A DNA stretch of 58,598 nucleotides from IMG/VR virus record IMGVR_UViG_3300035042_000037, positions 1-58,598 of that record, one strand, 5' to 3'. Numbering within the stretch: position 1 is the stretch's first letter; every line of letters starts with the position of its first letter. A program made the translations under genes and the position numbers. Below, in pieces: positions 37,567 through 47,484 of the stretch. Source of the DNA: a virus. Its lineage: Duplodnaviria > Caudoviricetes. Under the pieces are notes generated by a model. That model saw only the letters and a program-made list of their open reading frames with translations. It had not been told where the DNA came from and did no database searches.

Positions 37567-39276
37567 TTATTTCTCATCAAAAAATTCATCATAAGATTTA
37601 ATCTCTATCCCTAGTAATTTTGCTTTCTTAGTCTTACTTGTACTAGAATTAGGATTATCTGTCAAGAGCAAATTAGTTTCTTTATTTACACTAGACTGAA
37701 TTTTCCAGCCTTGTTCTTCTAGATATTGGGTAAGTTCTTTGCGATTATACTTATCACACTTACCGGTAAACACTATATTACCCTTAGTTTGATTAGTCTT
37801 ATCTACCTTTTTAATTTTACAGTAACGAGATAGTGTCTCAAACATAGTCTTAAACCTATTTCTATTTGTGATTATATTAGCAATAGATTTTTCAGCAAAT
37901 CCTTCTAGTGGAGATAAACTAGTTTCTAAATTCTCACATGCTAGAAAATTTTCAATAGAACCAAAATAATCAATAAGTTTTTGACATTGCTTATTACCCA
38001 TCCCCTTAACCATTGCACATTCTAATACTTGTGCTTCAGTTAGTTCTATTGTGTTTAACATATAGAAAATATACTCAGCAGTTTTTTTACCAAAACCATC
38101 AATAGAACTAATGTCTTCTACTTCTGCTTCAAAGTAATCATGAATCAGTTTAAACCCATTTGCATATAGATTTTCAATAGTTGCATCACTAATGTAATCA
38201 ACATTAAACACCTTGAAAATATGTTTGAGTAAAGTTAAATCATTATGAGTACAATTTTTACACACTAAGTGAACACCATTTTCATCTACTTCAGGAATAG
38301 ATTGACAAACTGGACAAAACACAGGAGGCAAAATATCACTACGTCCTATGACCTCTTTGATTTGGGGTATAATGTCGCCCGATTTTATTACCTTAACTTG
38401 AGCACCAATTCCTAATCCAGCAGTCTTAACTATTCCATAGTTAGAAGCAGATACACGAGAAACGGTAGTACCATCAATGTCCACAGGCTCATCCAAAATA
38501 ACAACAGGATACAAGATTCCATGTTTACCTAAACTCCATTCGATATAACTAACTGTAGCTAATTCACCGTCTTTATTAAACTTCAATGCAATAATATTAT
38601 CTGGTAATAGTTCATTGTCATTACTGTAATCACCATCACATTCTACTACTAATCCATCAATTTCATATTCATAATTATTTTTGTAGTACCTAAAGTTACT
38701 TTCTAGTTCAAGATAATCAGGAATACTATAATAAATCACCTTAGCTAATGTTTCAAATGGTACTATGTGGATTTTAGCTAGTTCATTTGGTATAGCTTCT
38801 TTTCTATTAATCAAACCTGATGCTACATTGCGAATGTTTTTTTCATAATCAATTTGGTGTTTCTTAGGCATAATAGCTTCACATTTGACACTATTAATAT
38901 CTTTATCTAATTTTAAAGAACCTAAAGCACTAGTGTCACAATATTTAATATTATTAGTAACATCATTACCCTCATATCCATTACCCCTAGTTATACACTG
39001 AATAATATTACCGTTTTTATTTAGAATTACTTCAATACTATTACCATCTAACTTAGGAGTAACTTTAAATACAGTATTATCTTTAGCCCACTTATAGAAA
39101 TCATCTTCAGTTTTAATCTTTTTCAATGACCCCATAGGAGAATGATGATTCGCTTTATTTCTAAAATTACGAGTTTCTAACCCATGATCTGAAATTAGAT
39201 TAAATTCCTCATCAGTAAGAATAGGACTACCAGTATTATAGTATTGTTCGTTTGCTATTTCTTTTAAATCACTCAT
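37567..39276 (-). CDS. ligA: NAD-dependent DNA ligase
   Basis: YYN.G.P..TDEEF, HHSPMGSL.K, adenylation motif PKLDG, TRGNG..G.DVT, EIDGLV, KSGDIIP, Zn finger, HhH, BRCT (VFTG...SSVNK.T). Confidence 0.93.
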   Translation of the reverse strand: MSDLKEIANEQYYNTGSPILTDEEFNLISDHGLETRNFRNKANHHSPMGSLKKIKTEDDFYKWAKDNTVFKVTPKLDGNSIEVILNKNGNIIQCITRGNGYEGNDVTNNIKYCDTSALGSLKLDKDINSVKCEAIMPKKHQIDYEKNIRNVASGLINRKEAIPNELAKIHIVPFETLAKVIYYSIPDYLELESNFRYYKNNYEYEIDGLVVECDGDYSNDNELLPDNIIALKFNKDGELATVSYIEWSLGKHGILYPVVILDEPVDIDGTTVSRVSASNYGIVKTAGLGIGAQVKVIKSGDIIPQIKEVIGRSDILPPVFCPVCQSIPEVDENGVHLVCKNCTHNDLTLLKHIFKVFNVDYISDATIENLYANGFKLIHDYFEAEVEDISSIDGFGKKTAEYIFYMLNTIELTEAQVLECAMVKGMGNKQCQKLIDYFGSIENFLACENLETSLSPLEGFAEKSIANIITNRNRFKTMFETLSRYCKIKKVDKTNQTKGNIVFTGKCDKYNRKELTQYLEEQGWKIQSSVNKETNLLLTDNPNSSTSKTKKAKLLGIEIKSYDEFFDEK

Positions 39277-40206
39277 TTAATTCTCCAAATCTTTCATTAA
39301 TAAGTCACGAATAACACTACCTTGTTTGTAAATAACTTTCAAGTCTTTCTTTTCAAAATCTGATTCGTTAAAGGTTTCCTCTTCAGCTAAGAATGTTTCT
39401 TTTGCATCTTCTAACACTAGTTTAATATATTTCCCAATATCATCATAAGACTCAATCTTACCGTATTTAGAATATACACTCTGTAAACGTTCAGGGTGAA
39501 TGTACTGACTAAAAACATCAACCCAATACTTAACATCATCGCTTAATTCTACTTTAGGTTTACTTTTCTTTTGCTTCTCCTTAAACTTCTCATTTTTCTT
39601 TTTAATAATGAAGTGTTTCCCTTGGTTACTAGTAATGTTTCTAAAGTAAGGACGAATAACTACACCTTCACATAGATTTTCCTTATCATAACCTTTAGGT
39701 GTAAGTTTAGAATTAAATTCAATATCATAATCCATACATTCAGTTATTGATCCTGTTTTCAAAATAGGAACAACCGGAACATCAAAAAAATTAAAAAACG
39801 AAAAAGTAACTTCTGGTGATCTAAATTCTACTACATCATTTTCTACTACAGCTAAATCAAAAAATGCTAGATTTTTCTCATTACCGTAATATACACCAGA
39901 CTGAACATTACCACCATATAGTTCACCAAACAGAATTACATCTATATTGTGTTTTATTGCGTAACTTAGTATTTTAGTATGCTCGTTTTTAAAATATTCA
40001 AATATTGTTTCAGCATTATAGAAATTAGCTCCGGTAATTTTATTGTTTCTGCTATACCAATCTACACTTCCATCTGAATTAAATCTAATACTTACATTAC
40101 TCCCATGTATTTTCTCAGAAATAACAAAAGTTTCATCTTCATTTATATCAAATTTATCTAACTCTTTCTTCCTATAATGATTAATTAAACTCGGATATTT
40201 AATCAT
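39277..40206 (-). CDS. RNA ligase 2 (Rnl2 family)
   Basis: KYPSL.NHY, motif I EKIHGSN, FGELYG, FFD, EGVVIRP and IKKKNEKFKE. Confidence 0.92.
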   Translation of the reverse strand: MIKYPSLINHYRKKELDKFDINEDETFVISEKIHGSNVSIRFNSDGSVDWYSRNNKITGANFYNAETIFEYFKNEHTKILSYAIKHNIDVILFGELYGGNVQSGVYYGNEKNLAFFDLAVVENDVVEFRSPEVTFSFFNFFDVPVVPILKTGSITECMDYDIEFNSKLTPKGYDKENLCEGVVIRPYFRNITSNQGKHFIIKKKNEKFKEKQKKSKPKVELSDDVKYWVDVFSQYIHPERLQSVYSKYGKIESYDDIGKYIKLVLEDAKETFLAEEETFNESDFEKKDLKVIYKQGSVIRDLLMKDLEN

Positions 40207-41042
40207 AAAATACTCCTTTAAACTTCATACTGATTAATTATTTTTTGAATTTGTTTCAACTCTAATTCAAAATCAAACACTAATTCTGCTTCAGGAACTT
40301 TTACCCATTTCTTATTCATATTATAATCAAATGCTAATTGAACAGTGTTGTTCCCTTGTTGTTTAAGTATAGGTTTAAGAAAAAACATTTCTATCTCTTT
40401 CTTTTAATTCTTTTAATCTAAACATTTAGTTATTGAAACTACATGACAATTACTAAATTTATACTTATTTTCAATAAAATCTATAGCTCTTTGTTTGATA
40501 TTCTCATTACCTTTAATCTTTATAATTGTATTTTTCCATCTATCATATTCATCTAAATAGAAACACAAAACGTTATATTCATTCATTATTTCCCCTTTAA
40601 AATAAAAAGATTTGAGTTATTTGATATATTAAACTAACAAATACTGAACTTATACCTAAAAATATAATATCACATATACTTTGAAATTTCTTTTCTGACA
40701 TCATTAATTCCTTTTAATTTTTAGTTCAAATAAGAATGGGTGAGAAATAATCCCACCCATTATTTAATTTGCTTAACTTTTATTTTTATTCAGGAATTTC
40801 TTCTCGAACCATTTCTTATAATCTTGTTCATATGCTTTAACCATATCATTTACATTTTTAGCTCTAGTAACTCCAACAGGCTCTTTCATTTGTTATTCCT
40901 TTCTTAATAATAAAGATATTCCATCATTAGATAAACACTGATTCCCATAAAAATATAGAAACTACACTCAAACAACGAATTTAATACTTTTTTCATCTTT
41001 ATCTCCTTTGATTTAATATAATACAAATATATCACATATAAT

Positions 41043-41450
41043 CTAAGATGTAAACATGTATTTTTTATATTTTCGATAATGTTCAGTATTTCCAGTTTTA
41101 ATACAACAAGAGTAAAATTTAACCTTTTCAAGATCGGCCTTTCCTGCTTTATCTTGAAATCTTGAAAGATATTTTACTACACATCCTTTACAAAAATCTA
41201 GTTCAAATTCTAAAATAAAATCTATAGGTTCCCATTTGTATTTAGTGTAATGTTTAGGATTAGCTTCATTAGTAACTTTATCATTAATATCTTTTGCATT
41301 AAGTTTATCTATTTTATTATATAATGAATTTAAATCTGTCCATCCCATTAAGGAATCGATCATTATTTCCATTATATCATTACTTAATTCATTAATAATA
41401 CAATATTTTTTGATATCATGAATTTTTAGAATTTGGTTTGAATTAGTCAT
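41043..41450 (-). CDS. DUF3310 domain protein
   Basis: NP.HY....EPIDFI....LDFC.G.VVKY.SR...K.GK.DLEK..FY motif. Confidence 0.8.
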   Translation of the reverse strand: MTNSNQILKIHDIKKYCIINELSNDIMEIMIDSLMGWTDLNSLYNKIDKLNAKDINDKVTNEANPKHYTKYKWEPIDFILEFELDFCKGCVVKYLSRFQDKAGKADLEKVKFYSCCIKTGNTEHYRKYKKYMFTS

Positions 41451-41715
41451 CGTTTTCCTCTGGAATTGGTGTTGATTCGTCTCCGATTAAATATTCAAAA
41501 ATTTGATCTTTTTGAAATTCGAGATCAACTGTTTTACTTTTATCTTTAGAGATAGACTTATAAAGCTTAAACGAATCTTTAATAGCTTTAGGTTCAAATT
41601 TATCATTTTTTTCACAGAACAATTCAATAGCATCTTTAATCTCCTGACGAAGTTCTTTAATTTCATTTTCACGCGATTGCAGTTCATCAAATAATCCAAG
41701 AATTTCTTTTTTCAT
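41443..41715 (-). CDS. dsDNA-binding protein (T4 DsbA/GapR-like)
   Basis: Helical E.EIKELRQEIKD.....F.PKAI...KLY pattern, 90 aa. Confidence 0.55.
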   Translation of the reverse strand: MKKEILGLFDELQSRENEIKELRQEIKDAIELFCEKNDKFEPKAIKDSFKLYKSISKDKSKTVDLEFQKDQIFEYLIGDESTPIPEENDD

Positions 41716-42431
41716 ATGTCTAGCTCCTCAATCCTTAAAAGTTGGTCCACAGTATTAAAACCATAGACAAGTTGTGTCATAAAAGAATAATCCACTAATT
41801 TAACTTTGTTGTTTGCTAATTTTACAATATCCAAAAATCTCATTTCAGACTCAGGAAAGTCACCATAATAATTTTTATAATAATGTCTACTTCTAGATAA
41901 TTTTTCAAGCTCTTTAATAATAAGACTTCGTTTTCCATAGAATGTAGAAATATCCTGCAGACCTTCTTTATTAGTCTTATCCCCATATTTAGAGTATTTT
42001 ACATCATTTTCAAAAAGTTGTACATATGGATTTGTTCTCATTTGCACTGGAATAATAATTTTATCGGTTTGTTCTACTCTCATAGTACTAGCATAAACAA
42101 TTTTATCCAGCACAATACAATCTCCCCATTGAACAATAACATTATTTGTCTCAGGTATTTTGTTCAAAGCATCAAGAACAGCTTTACCACAACCATCTCC
42201 TGATTTGATAAAAATAACTTCACTAATACCATATTTTATTTTAAGGTCGCACTTACTAATAGTTATTGTTTCATTAAGTACTAAATAGATATTATTAACG
42301 TATGGTTTAGCTTTTTTAATATTCCACCCTAATACAGATGAATCCTTGAATGGGTGTAAAACTTTTAAATATGGACTGTCAAATCTTTTTTGACTTCCTG
42401 CAGCGATGATTACCAAATCATGTTTTTGCAT
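41712..42431 (-). CDS. Nucleotidyltransferase (GT-A, GlmU/MobA/CofC superfamily)
   Basis: VIIAAGSQKRF....KVL, G.G.AV..AL, WGD and GFNT motifs. Confidence 0.85.
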   Translation of the reverse strand: MQKHDLVIIAAGSQKRFDSPYLKVLHPFKDSSVLGWNIKKAKPYVNNIYLVLNETITISKCDLKIKYGISEVIFIKSGDGCGKAVLDALNKIPETNNVIVQWGDCIVLDKIVYASTMRVEQTDKIIIPVQMRTNPYVQLFENDVKYSKYGDKTNKEGLQDISTFYGKRSLIIKELEKLSRSRHYYKNYYGDFPESEMRFLDIVKLANNKVKLVDYSFMTQLVYGFNTVDQLLRIEELDI

Positions 42432-44085
42432 TATAAAGAATCTCCATTATTTCTTTGGTTTCGAGAATGTTATAAACGTTGAATCTGTATTTACCCATCA
42501 GAGAAATTTTTACATCATTTCCTTCAAAACAAGAATCTCCAATAAAGATAAAATCATCATTTACTAGACTTTTAGCAAAGACCTCTTTATCGGTTTGCTT
42601 TCTCATTATATCAATAGTCGTCAAACCTGCAGTGTGCGCTTTATAATCTAGCTTATTATTATCAAAATAATCATTAAGTTGTTTAACTAAAGTGTTTCTA
42701 TTTTTAATAACGGGCTTAATAGAGAAACAGGTTTTATTTCTTATCTCAATTTCAGCACTAGATGGAATAAAATGTTTGATTTTCTCAGATAGAAAGTTCT
42801 CAATTTTATATCTAAAGCCATCATTATCACCCATGATCTTATGAGTCAAATAATTATAAACACCTCCAGATGTCATAAAGTATTCTAAAAAGTTAATATT
42901 AAAACGTTTATCAATCTTTTTAAGAATACACTCAGGAGAATTGCCTGTTATGATTGATACTTTATATTTATTAGTTAGTTTATCTAAAAGCTCAATATTC
43001 TTTATACTGATTTCTGTTTCATTTGGATTTCTTGAAAACAAAGTATCATCGAAATCAAAAAGAATTCGTTTAGGCGGTACTTTCTTAATATACTCTTTTA
43101 GAATTTCTCTGCCAAGAAGCATTGCATTGTGCTTCCCTTTATTATTTCCAAAATTACCAACTACTCTATTATAACCTTTTAAAGTTTCAGGATCATTTAA
43201 AAATCGATCTCCATCTTTATTTAGAAAGTAATTTATTTTAAATATTGGTAGATAGTCTGATAGAATATTAATTAAATCCAGAGAGTTAACTCCTAACATA
43301 TCTTTATCTTGTTCATTATTGATAATCATAAACATTGGGATGTCAAGCTCTTCTAATTTATTACCAATTTCTTTATGCCAATAAGTAGGAATAAGTGAAG
43401 CCCACTGAGTTCCTGAACTAAATATTACTAGATCAGATTTTTCTAAAACATCTAAAACATCTTTATTCAATTTTGGAACATCTGTAAATTTAATCTTTTT
43501 AATCTTATCTTTAGACTTACTATAATTTACAATAGAAGCTTCATCATGTAAAACTTTTCCCAACTCTGTTTCAGCTTGTAAAATAACATTTGAATAAGAA
43601 GATAAGACAATATTATCAGGAATTTTCAACATATCCTTAAAGTAATTAATTGTATATTCATAACCAAACATAGAGAACATTGCGGCATATACAATGTTTG
43701 CTAAATTAAAATCTCTAAGATCATATTCTATTTCAGATTTTTCTAACTTATCAAAAAATAATCTGAAGTATGGTTTAAATTCCTGCATATTAATGTCATT
43801 TAAAATATCTTCAATTTGTCCATAATTTCTTATATCAATTCTATCTTCAAAAAACCTTACTAGGTTCATATCACAACTATCGTGTAAGTTTTTGTACTGA
43901 GTCCACTGATTTTTTCTGATATCAGAAGGGCCAAGAACATCAAATAATTTACGACAAACGCCCGTACTTTTACCATCATCATATGCATTAATAATATTGG
44001 TGATTCTTGCTTTTGGAAAAAAAGAAATAAGCCCCTGTTGTAGAGCTATAGATCCTGTTCCTCCAGAAAAAATAGAAATTCTCAT
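42418..44085 (-). CDS. CofD/YvcK (UPF0052) domain fused to a HAD-IIB phosphatase/phosphomutase
   Basis: N-terminal SGGTG, YDDGKSTG..R, GPSDIRKN, NLAN, GTQWASLIP. C-terminal FDFDDTL, IITG, AGLTTIDI...DK, FIGD...GND. Confidence 0.88.
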   Translation of the reverse strand: MRISIFSGGTGSIALQQGLISFFPKARITNIINAYDDGKSTGVCRKLFDVLGPSDIRKNQWTQYKNLHDSCDMNLVRFFEDRIDIRNYGQIEDILNDINMQEFKPYFRLFFDKLEKSEIEYDLRDFNLANIVYAAMFSMFGYEYTINYFKDMLKIPDNIVLSSYSNVILQAETELGKVLHDEASIVNYSKSKDKIKKIKFTDVPKLNKDVLDVLEKSDLVIFSSGTQWASLIPTYWHKEIGNKLEELDIPMFMIINNEQDKDMLGVNSLDLINILSDYLPIFKINYFLNKDGDRFLNDPETLKGYNRVVGNFGNNKGKHNAMLLGREILKEYIKKVPPKRILFDFDDTLFSRNPNETEISIKNIELLDKLTNKYKVSIITGNSPECILKKIDKRFNINFLEYFMTSGGVYNYLTHKIMGDNDGFRYKIENFLSEKIKHFIPSSAEIEIRNKTCFSIKPVIKNRNTLVKQLNDYFDNNKLDYKAHTAGLTTIDIMRKQTDKEVFAKSLVNDDFIFIGDSCFEGNDVKISLMGKYRFNVYNILETKEIMEILYNAKT

Positions 44086-45194
44086 AGTAAATCCTTAAAT
44101 CGGTTAGAATACTCGTTGAAAGATTCTATCATAACATCTTTTTTCTGCATTGTTAGAATTTTTTCTCTTAGACCTGATTTATTTTTGAGCAAATAAATTC
44201 TTTTTTCTAGATCTTTTCTATTAGAAATATAGTTAAATTTCTGTAAATTCTCATTAGAGAATACTTTGAAATTTTTATCATAAGATGAATCAATAAAGAC
44301 AATGTTGTTGCACATAATAGATTCATAAGCCCTTTGTGCCATGTTATCTAATTGCTTATAAATCTTATCGCCTATGATAACTGTTGCTAAACCTTTATTC
44401 ATCTTTTTATTAAAGTCTTGGTACTTGACAGAGGAACCAAATTTTGGCTCTGATAGTTTATTTGTATTCTTTTTAAATTGAGATGGTTTAATTTTACCAA
44501 ACATTTCAATACTAATATTATCATCAATACCGAAGAAAAATTTAATCATATCCTCTTCTCTCTTTCCACCTCTAAAGGTTCCGCCATATAAAATATCCCA
44601 TTCAGGATTTTCAGATTTAGGAATTTCTTCTAACGTATAAAGTGGAAATTTTTCGAAAGGGAAATGCACTATGTTTTCTTTTTTTATTGTAATTTTTGTT
44701 TTAGAGATGATTTTATTATAAACCATTTTTAGATCGCGTGCCTGGCAAATATATTTAATATCATCTCTAGTAATTTCAAGATCTTTTTTAGACCAGTTTG
44801 ATGACCATTCTTTTTTAGAAACTGATGGCCAGACTTGTTTAAGAGATAAATTAGGATCACACATTAAATAATAAATGCCGCCTTCAAAATTATTAATAAT
44901 CTTATAATTAAGAAGTTGTTCATGGTCTTCGACCCCACCAAAGAAATTTACATTACCATTAATAACAAATAATTTGTCAAATGAAGAATTTACTAGCTCA
45001 TATTCTTCTGCAATTTGATGTGGAACAGCACCATCGATTAGTTTATCTTTATCTAATATTTTAGTATAATAATGTACCTCAAAGACATTAGATAATATTG
45101 ATATGATTGATAATGCTTCTCCTGAACCACCTGATGTACCACCCGAAGCAATCCTTGCCCCTAATTTAATTACTGCTACATTTTCCATATTCAA
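44082..45194 (-). CDS. bgt: DNA beta-glucosyltransferase homologue (T4 Bgt family)
   Basis: Collinear with T4 Bgt motifs recalled from memory: NGNVNFFGG, IYYL.CD..L, W..V....W, FP.E, DILYGGTFR.G.RE..M..F.F, IIGDK.Y, R.YE, FID..YD. Confidence 0.88.
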   Translation of the reverse strand: MNMENVAVIKLGARIASGGTSGGSGEALSIISILSNVFEVHYYTKILDKDKLIDGAVPHQIAEEYELVNSSFDKLFVINGNVNFFGGVEDHEQLLNYKIINNFEGGIYYLMCDPNLSLKQVWPSVSKKEWSSNWSKKDLEITRDDIKYICQARDLKMVYNKIISKTKITIKKENIVHFPFEKFPLYTLEEIPKSENPEWDILYGGTFRGGKREEDMIKFFFGIDDNISIEMFGKIKPSQFKKNTNKLSEPKFGSSVKYQDFNKKMNKGLATVIIGDKIYKQLDNMAQRAYESIMCNNIVFIDSSYDKNFKVFSNENLQKFNYISNRKDLEKRIYLLKNKSGLREKILTMQKKDVMIESFNEYSNRFKDLL

Positions 45195-45204
45195 ACAATC
45201 TCCT

Positions 45205-45771
45205 TTAACTATAGCAAAATATATTTTTAGCCCAATCAGGTTTATTGTAGAACCATTCTACTTTTATCTTTCTTTCTCTCGATAACCAATCTCTATATTT
45301 AGATAATACATAACTTTTGTATGATTGTAAAATATTTTTACTATGAAATTCTTCTGGCATTGCTAAAGGAGGTTCTATAAATGTTTTATTATCAATATTA
45401 TTAGGAATTTGATCTAGAAAAGATATTAGTGACGAGGTTTTATGCTGTTTACCAGTACATTCTTCATAAATTAAACATAAATAAACAAATGTATTATATA
45501 ACCATATATAATGTTCAGAAGATTCTCTGACCCATACAGCAGAAAGATGATTTACATGAGTAGCTACATAGAGGATATTTTCCACGTCTCCGTTTAATTC
45601 ATAAATAGTTTTCTTTCTTTTATTTTGAATAATAACTTTTTTAGTTCCATCTAAAACTCTGTGCGCAGTAGATAACATTTGCGCGTACTCAATAATCATT
45701 TTATTTTGATGTACATTACAATGTTCTGTAGCACATATGAATGAGTCAGGATTAGTATAAAAAATATTCAT
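45205..45771 (-). CDS. Pyrimidine-dimer DNA glycosylase family protein
   Basis: MNIF......CA..H...H..KMIIEYAQMLSTAH, TH.NH..A.W.RES and P.AMP motifs. Confidence 0.8.
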   Translation of the reverse strand: MNIFYTNPDSFICATEHCNVHQNKMIIEYAQMLSTAHRVLDGTKKVIIQNKRKKTIYELNGDVENILYVATHVNHLSAVWVRESSEHYIWLYNTFVYLCLIYEECTGKQHKTSSLISFLDQIPNNIDNKTFIEPPLAMPEEFHSKNILQSYKSYVLSKYRDWLSRERKIKVEWFYNKPDWAKNIFCYS

Positions 45772-45825
45772 CTTAAAATTCCTCTATAGATTCACTAAAT
45801 AATATATCATAAATATACCACAAAT

Positions 45826-46236
45826 CTAAGTAAATTGTAAAAGATAAATTATTTTGTCTACAAGAGTTAAAATAGAAATATATACATCTTGAATTGAAGG
45901 GTTATCTTCTTGTTTAATATAATCAGTAAGATTATTTCTACAGTTATTTAAACACGCATTTAGTTTAGATTTGGAATATTCGTATGAAATATCTATAGAA
46001 TATTCTCCATTTAAATCATATTTATAACTTAGATATCGTTCAGCTAGAACATCTAATTTATTTTGAAGTTCTGTATAAAAATCTCCTAATACTTCATGAA
46101 TATTTTTTGAATCAGTTAACCAATGATAAATTTGTGTTTAAATCATTGTTTTGAAAAGATTATTTGTAAGTTCTTCTTTTGTATTTAGATTTTTGATAGA
46201 AATTTGATTTTCTTCTTTTGGAAAAATAGTATTCAT
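45826..46236 (-). pseudogene. Dps/ferritin-like protein with an in-frame TAA
   Basis: MNTIFPK...TMI*TQIYHWLT.S...HEVLGDFY..L...LDVLAE...DK.IYLL; the TAA is at 46138-40. Confidence 0.7.
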
Positions 46237-46248
46237 AATTTTTGTCCT

Positions 46249-46632
46249 TTAATTTAGTTTTTCTAGAACTTCGTTTAGGTCATCTTCGTATTTGAAGGTA
46301 GCTATAACATTTGTGCCACGCATCAGTAGATTTTGGTGATTATCAGTAATGATTCTACTATACTTTTTTGGTTCACTGTTGTGTTTATTTGCGTAGTAAC
46401 TTTTTTCAGACATTACCCAATTAAAAAACTGATCACATATAGATTGTGGTGGATTACGGACTCCTGCTACTAGTTCTCCATATTCAATGGCGTGTATTCT
46501 AGCTATAGCTACTCCTACTTTCTTAATAAACTTATCATCCTTATGGCATAGTGACCAACCAAATTTCTTACCATCAGTCCAAAATGTAGCATATGGATGA
46601 CCATTTTTATCCCGTAGATACTTTATCTGCAT
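46249..46632 (-). CDS. Hypothetical protein
   Basis: GWSLCH..D.F.KKVG..IA motif common in phage proteins. Confidence 0.6.
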   Translation of the reverse strand: MQIKYLRDKNGHPYATFWTDGKKFGWSLCHKDDKFIKKVGVAIARIHAIEYGELVAGVRNPPQSICDQFFNWVMSEKSYYANKHNSEPKKYSRIITDNHQNLLMRGTNVIATFKYEDDLNEVLEKLN

Positions 46633-46644
46633 TTTGTTTCTCCC

Positions 46645-46992
46645 TTAATCAATAACAAACATTTGGTTATACATGAACGTTTCGATTAGTGTTTTCAAAT
46701 CATTACCACCAACTTCTATTTCTGCTAACCATCTACCATACTTACCTGTTTTATACGTCTTAACAATTACCTTAGTTCCTTTAGGTAGTATTGCTTTAAC
46801 ATGGTCTGATACTATTTTTCCTTCTTCGCAAGCATGTTTACCATATACTTCAGGTGTATCTAAATCTAGTAGTCTTACTCTAATCCTATGTCTGATATTA
46901 AACCCTAAGTCTACGTTTATGTCATAGGTATCACCATCTACTACTCTAGCAATAGTTCCTTGATAAGCATAGTTTACATTTAGTCTAGGCAT
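46645..46992 (-). CDS. Thermonuclease (SNase-like)
   Basis: RVVDGDT.D..VDLGF, RVRL..LDTPE and GKYGRWLA motifs. Confidence 0.9.
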   Translation of the reverse strand: MPRLNVNYAYQGTIARVVDGDTYDINVDLGFNIRHRIRVRLLDLDTPEVYGKHACEEGKIVSDHVKAILPKGTKVIVKTYKTGKYGRWLAEIEVGGNDLKTLIETFMYNQMFVID

Positions 46993-47001
46993 TAGTTTCT
47001 C

Positions 47002-47187
47002 CTACATCAGCTCAAAAATGAAATCAGGTTCTAGTCCAAAGTGTTCAGCACAAATGTCTTCAGCATATTCGATATCACCATTTGCTAATGCTTCTGCTAA
47101 ATCCAATTTAGCTTCTGCTATTCTTGCGTTTGCTTCACTTTTAGTTAATCCGTCACGAGTCATTAATATTTCCTTGATTGATTCCAT
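47002..47187 (-). CDS. Small hypothetical protein
   Basis: MESIKEILMTRDG...FGLEPDF, with AGGAG RBS and an upstream promoter. Confidence 0.6.
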   Translation of the reverse strand: MESIKEILMTRDGLTKSEANARIAEAKLDLAEALANGDIEYAEDICAEHFGLEPDFIFELM

Positions 47188-47271
47188 TTTCAATACTCCT
47201 TTTTTGGTGTTATAATTCAAACGTCTTGAACATAACTTACCACAAATAAATTCAAAAGTAAAGATATTTTT

Positions 47272-47481
47272 TTATTCCATCATTTCTTCGAATATTTCAA
47301 TACGTTTATTTGTGTCAGTTAATTTGTTTTTTGTTTTATCCCATAAGCTATTATACAATTTAGCTCGAACGCGATCCATGTCAATAATGTTTTTTGATAC
47401 TAAGTAGTTGACACAATCTAAACACTTAGCAAACTCTAGTGCATCTTCTTGATTTTCGAAATACTCAATTGCGTTTTCCAT
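47272..47481 (-). CDS. Hypothetical protein
   Basis: 69 aa ORF with AGGAG RBS. Confidence 0.5.
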   Translation of the reverse strand: MENAIEYFENQEDALEFAKCLDCVNYLVSKNIIDMDRVRAKLYNSLWDKTKNKLTDTNKRIEIFEEMME

Positions 47482-47484
47482 TAA

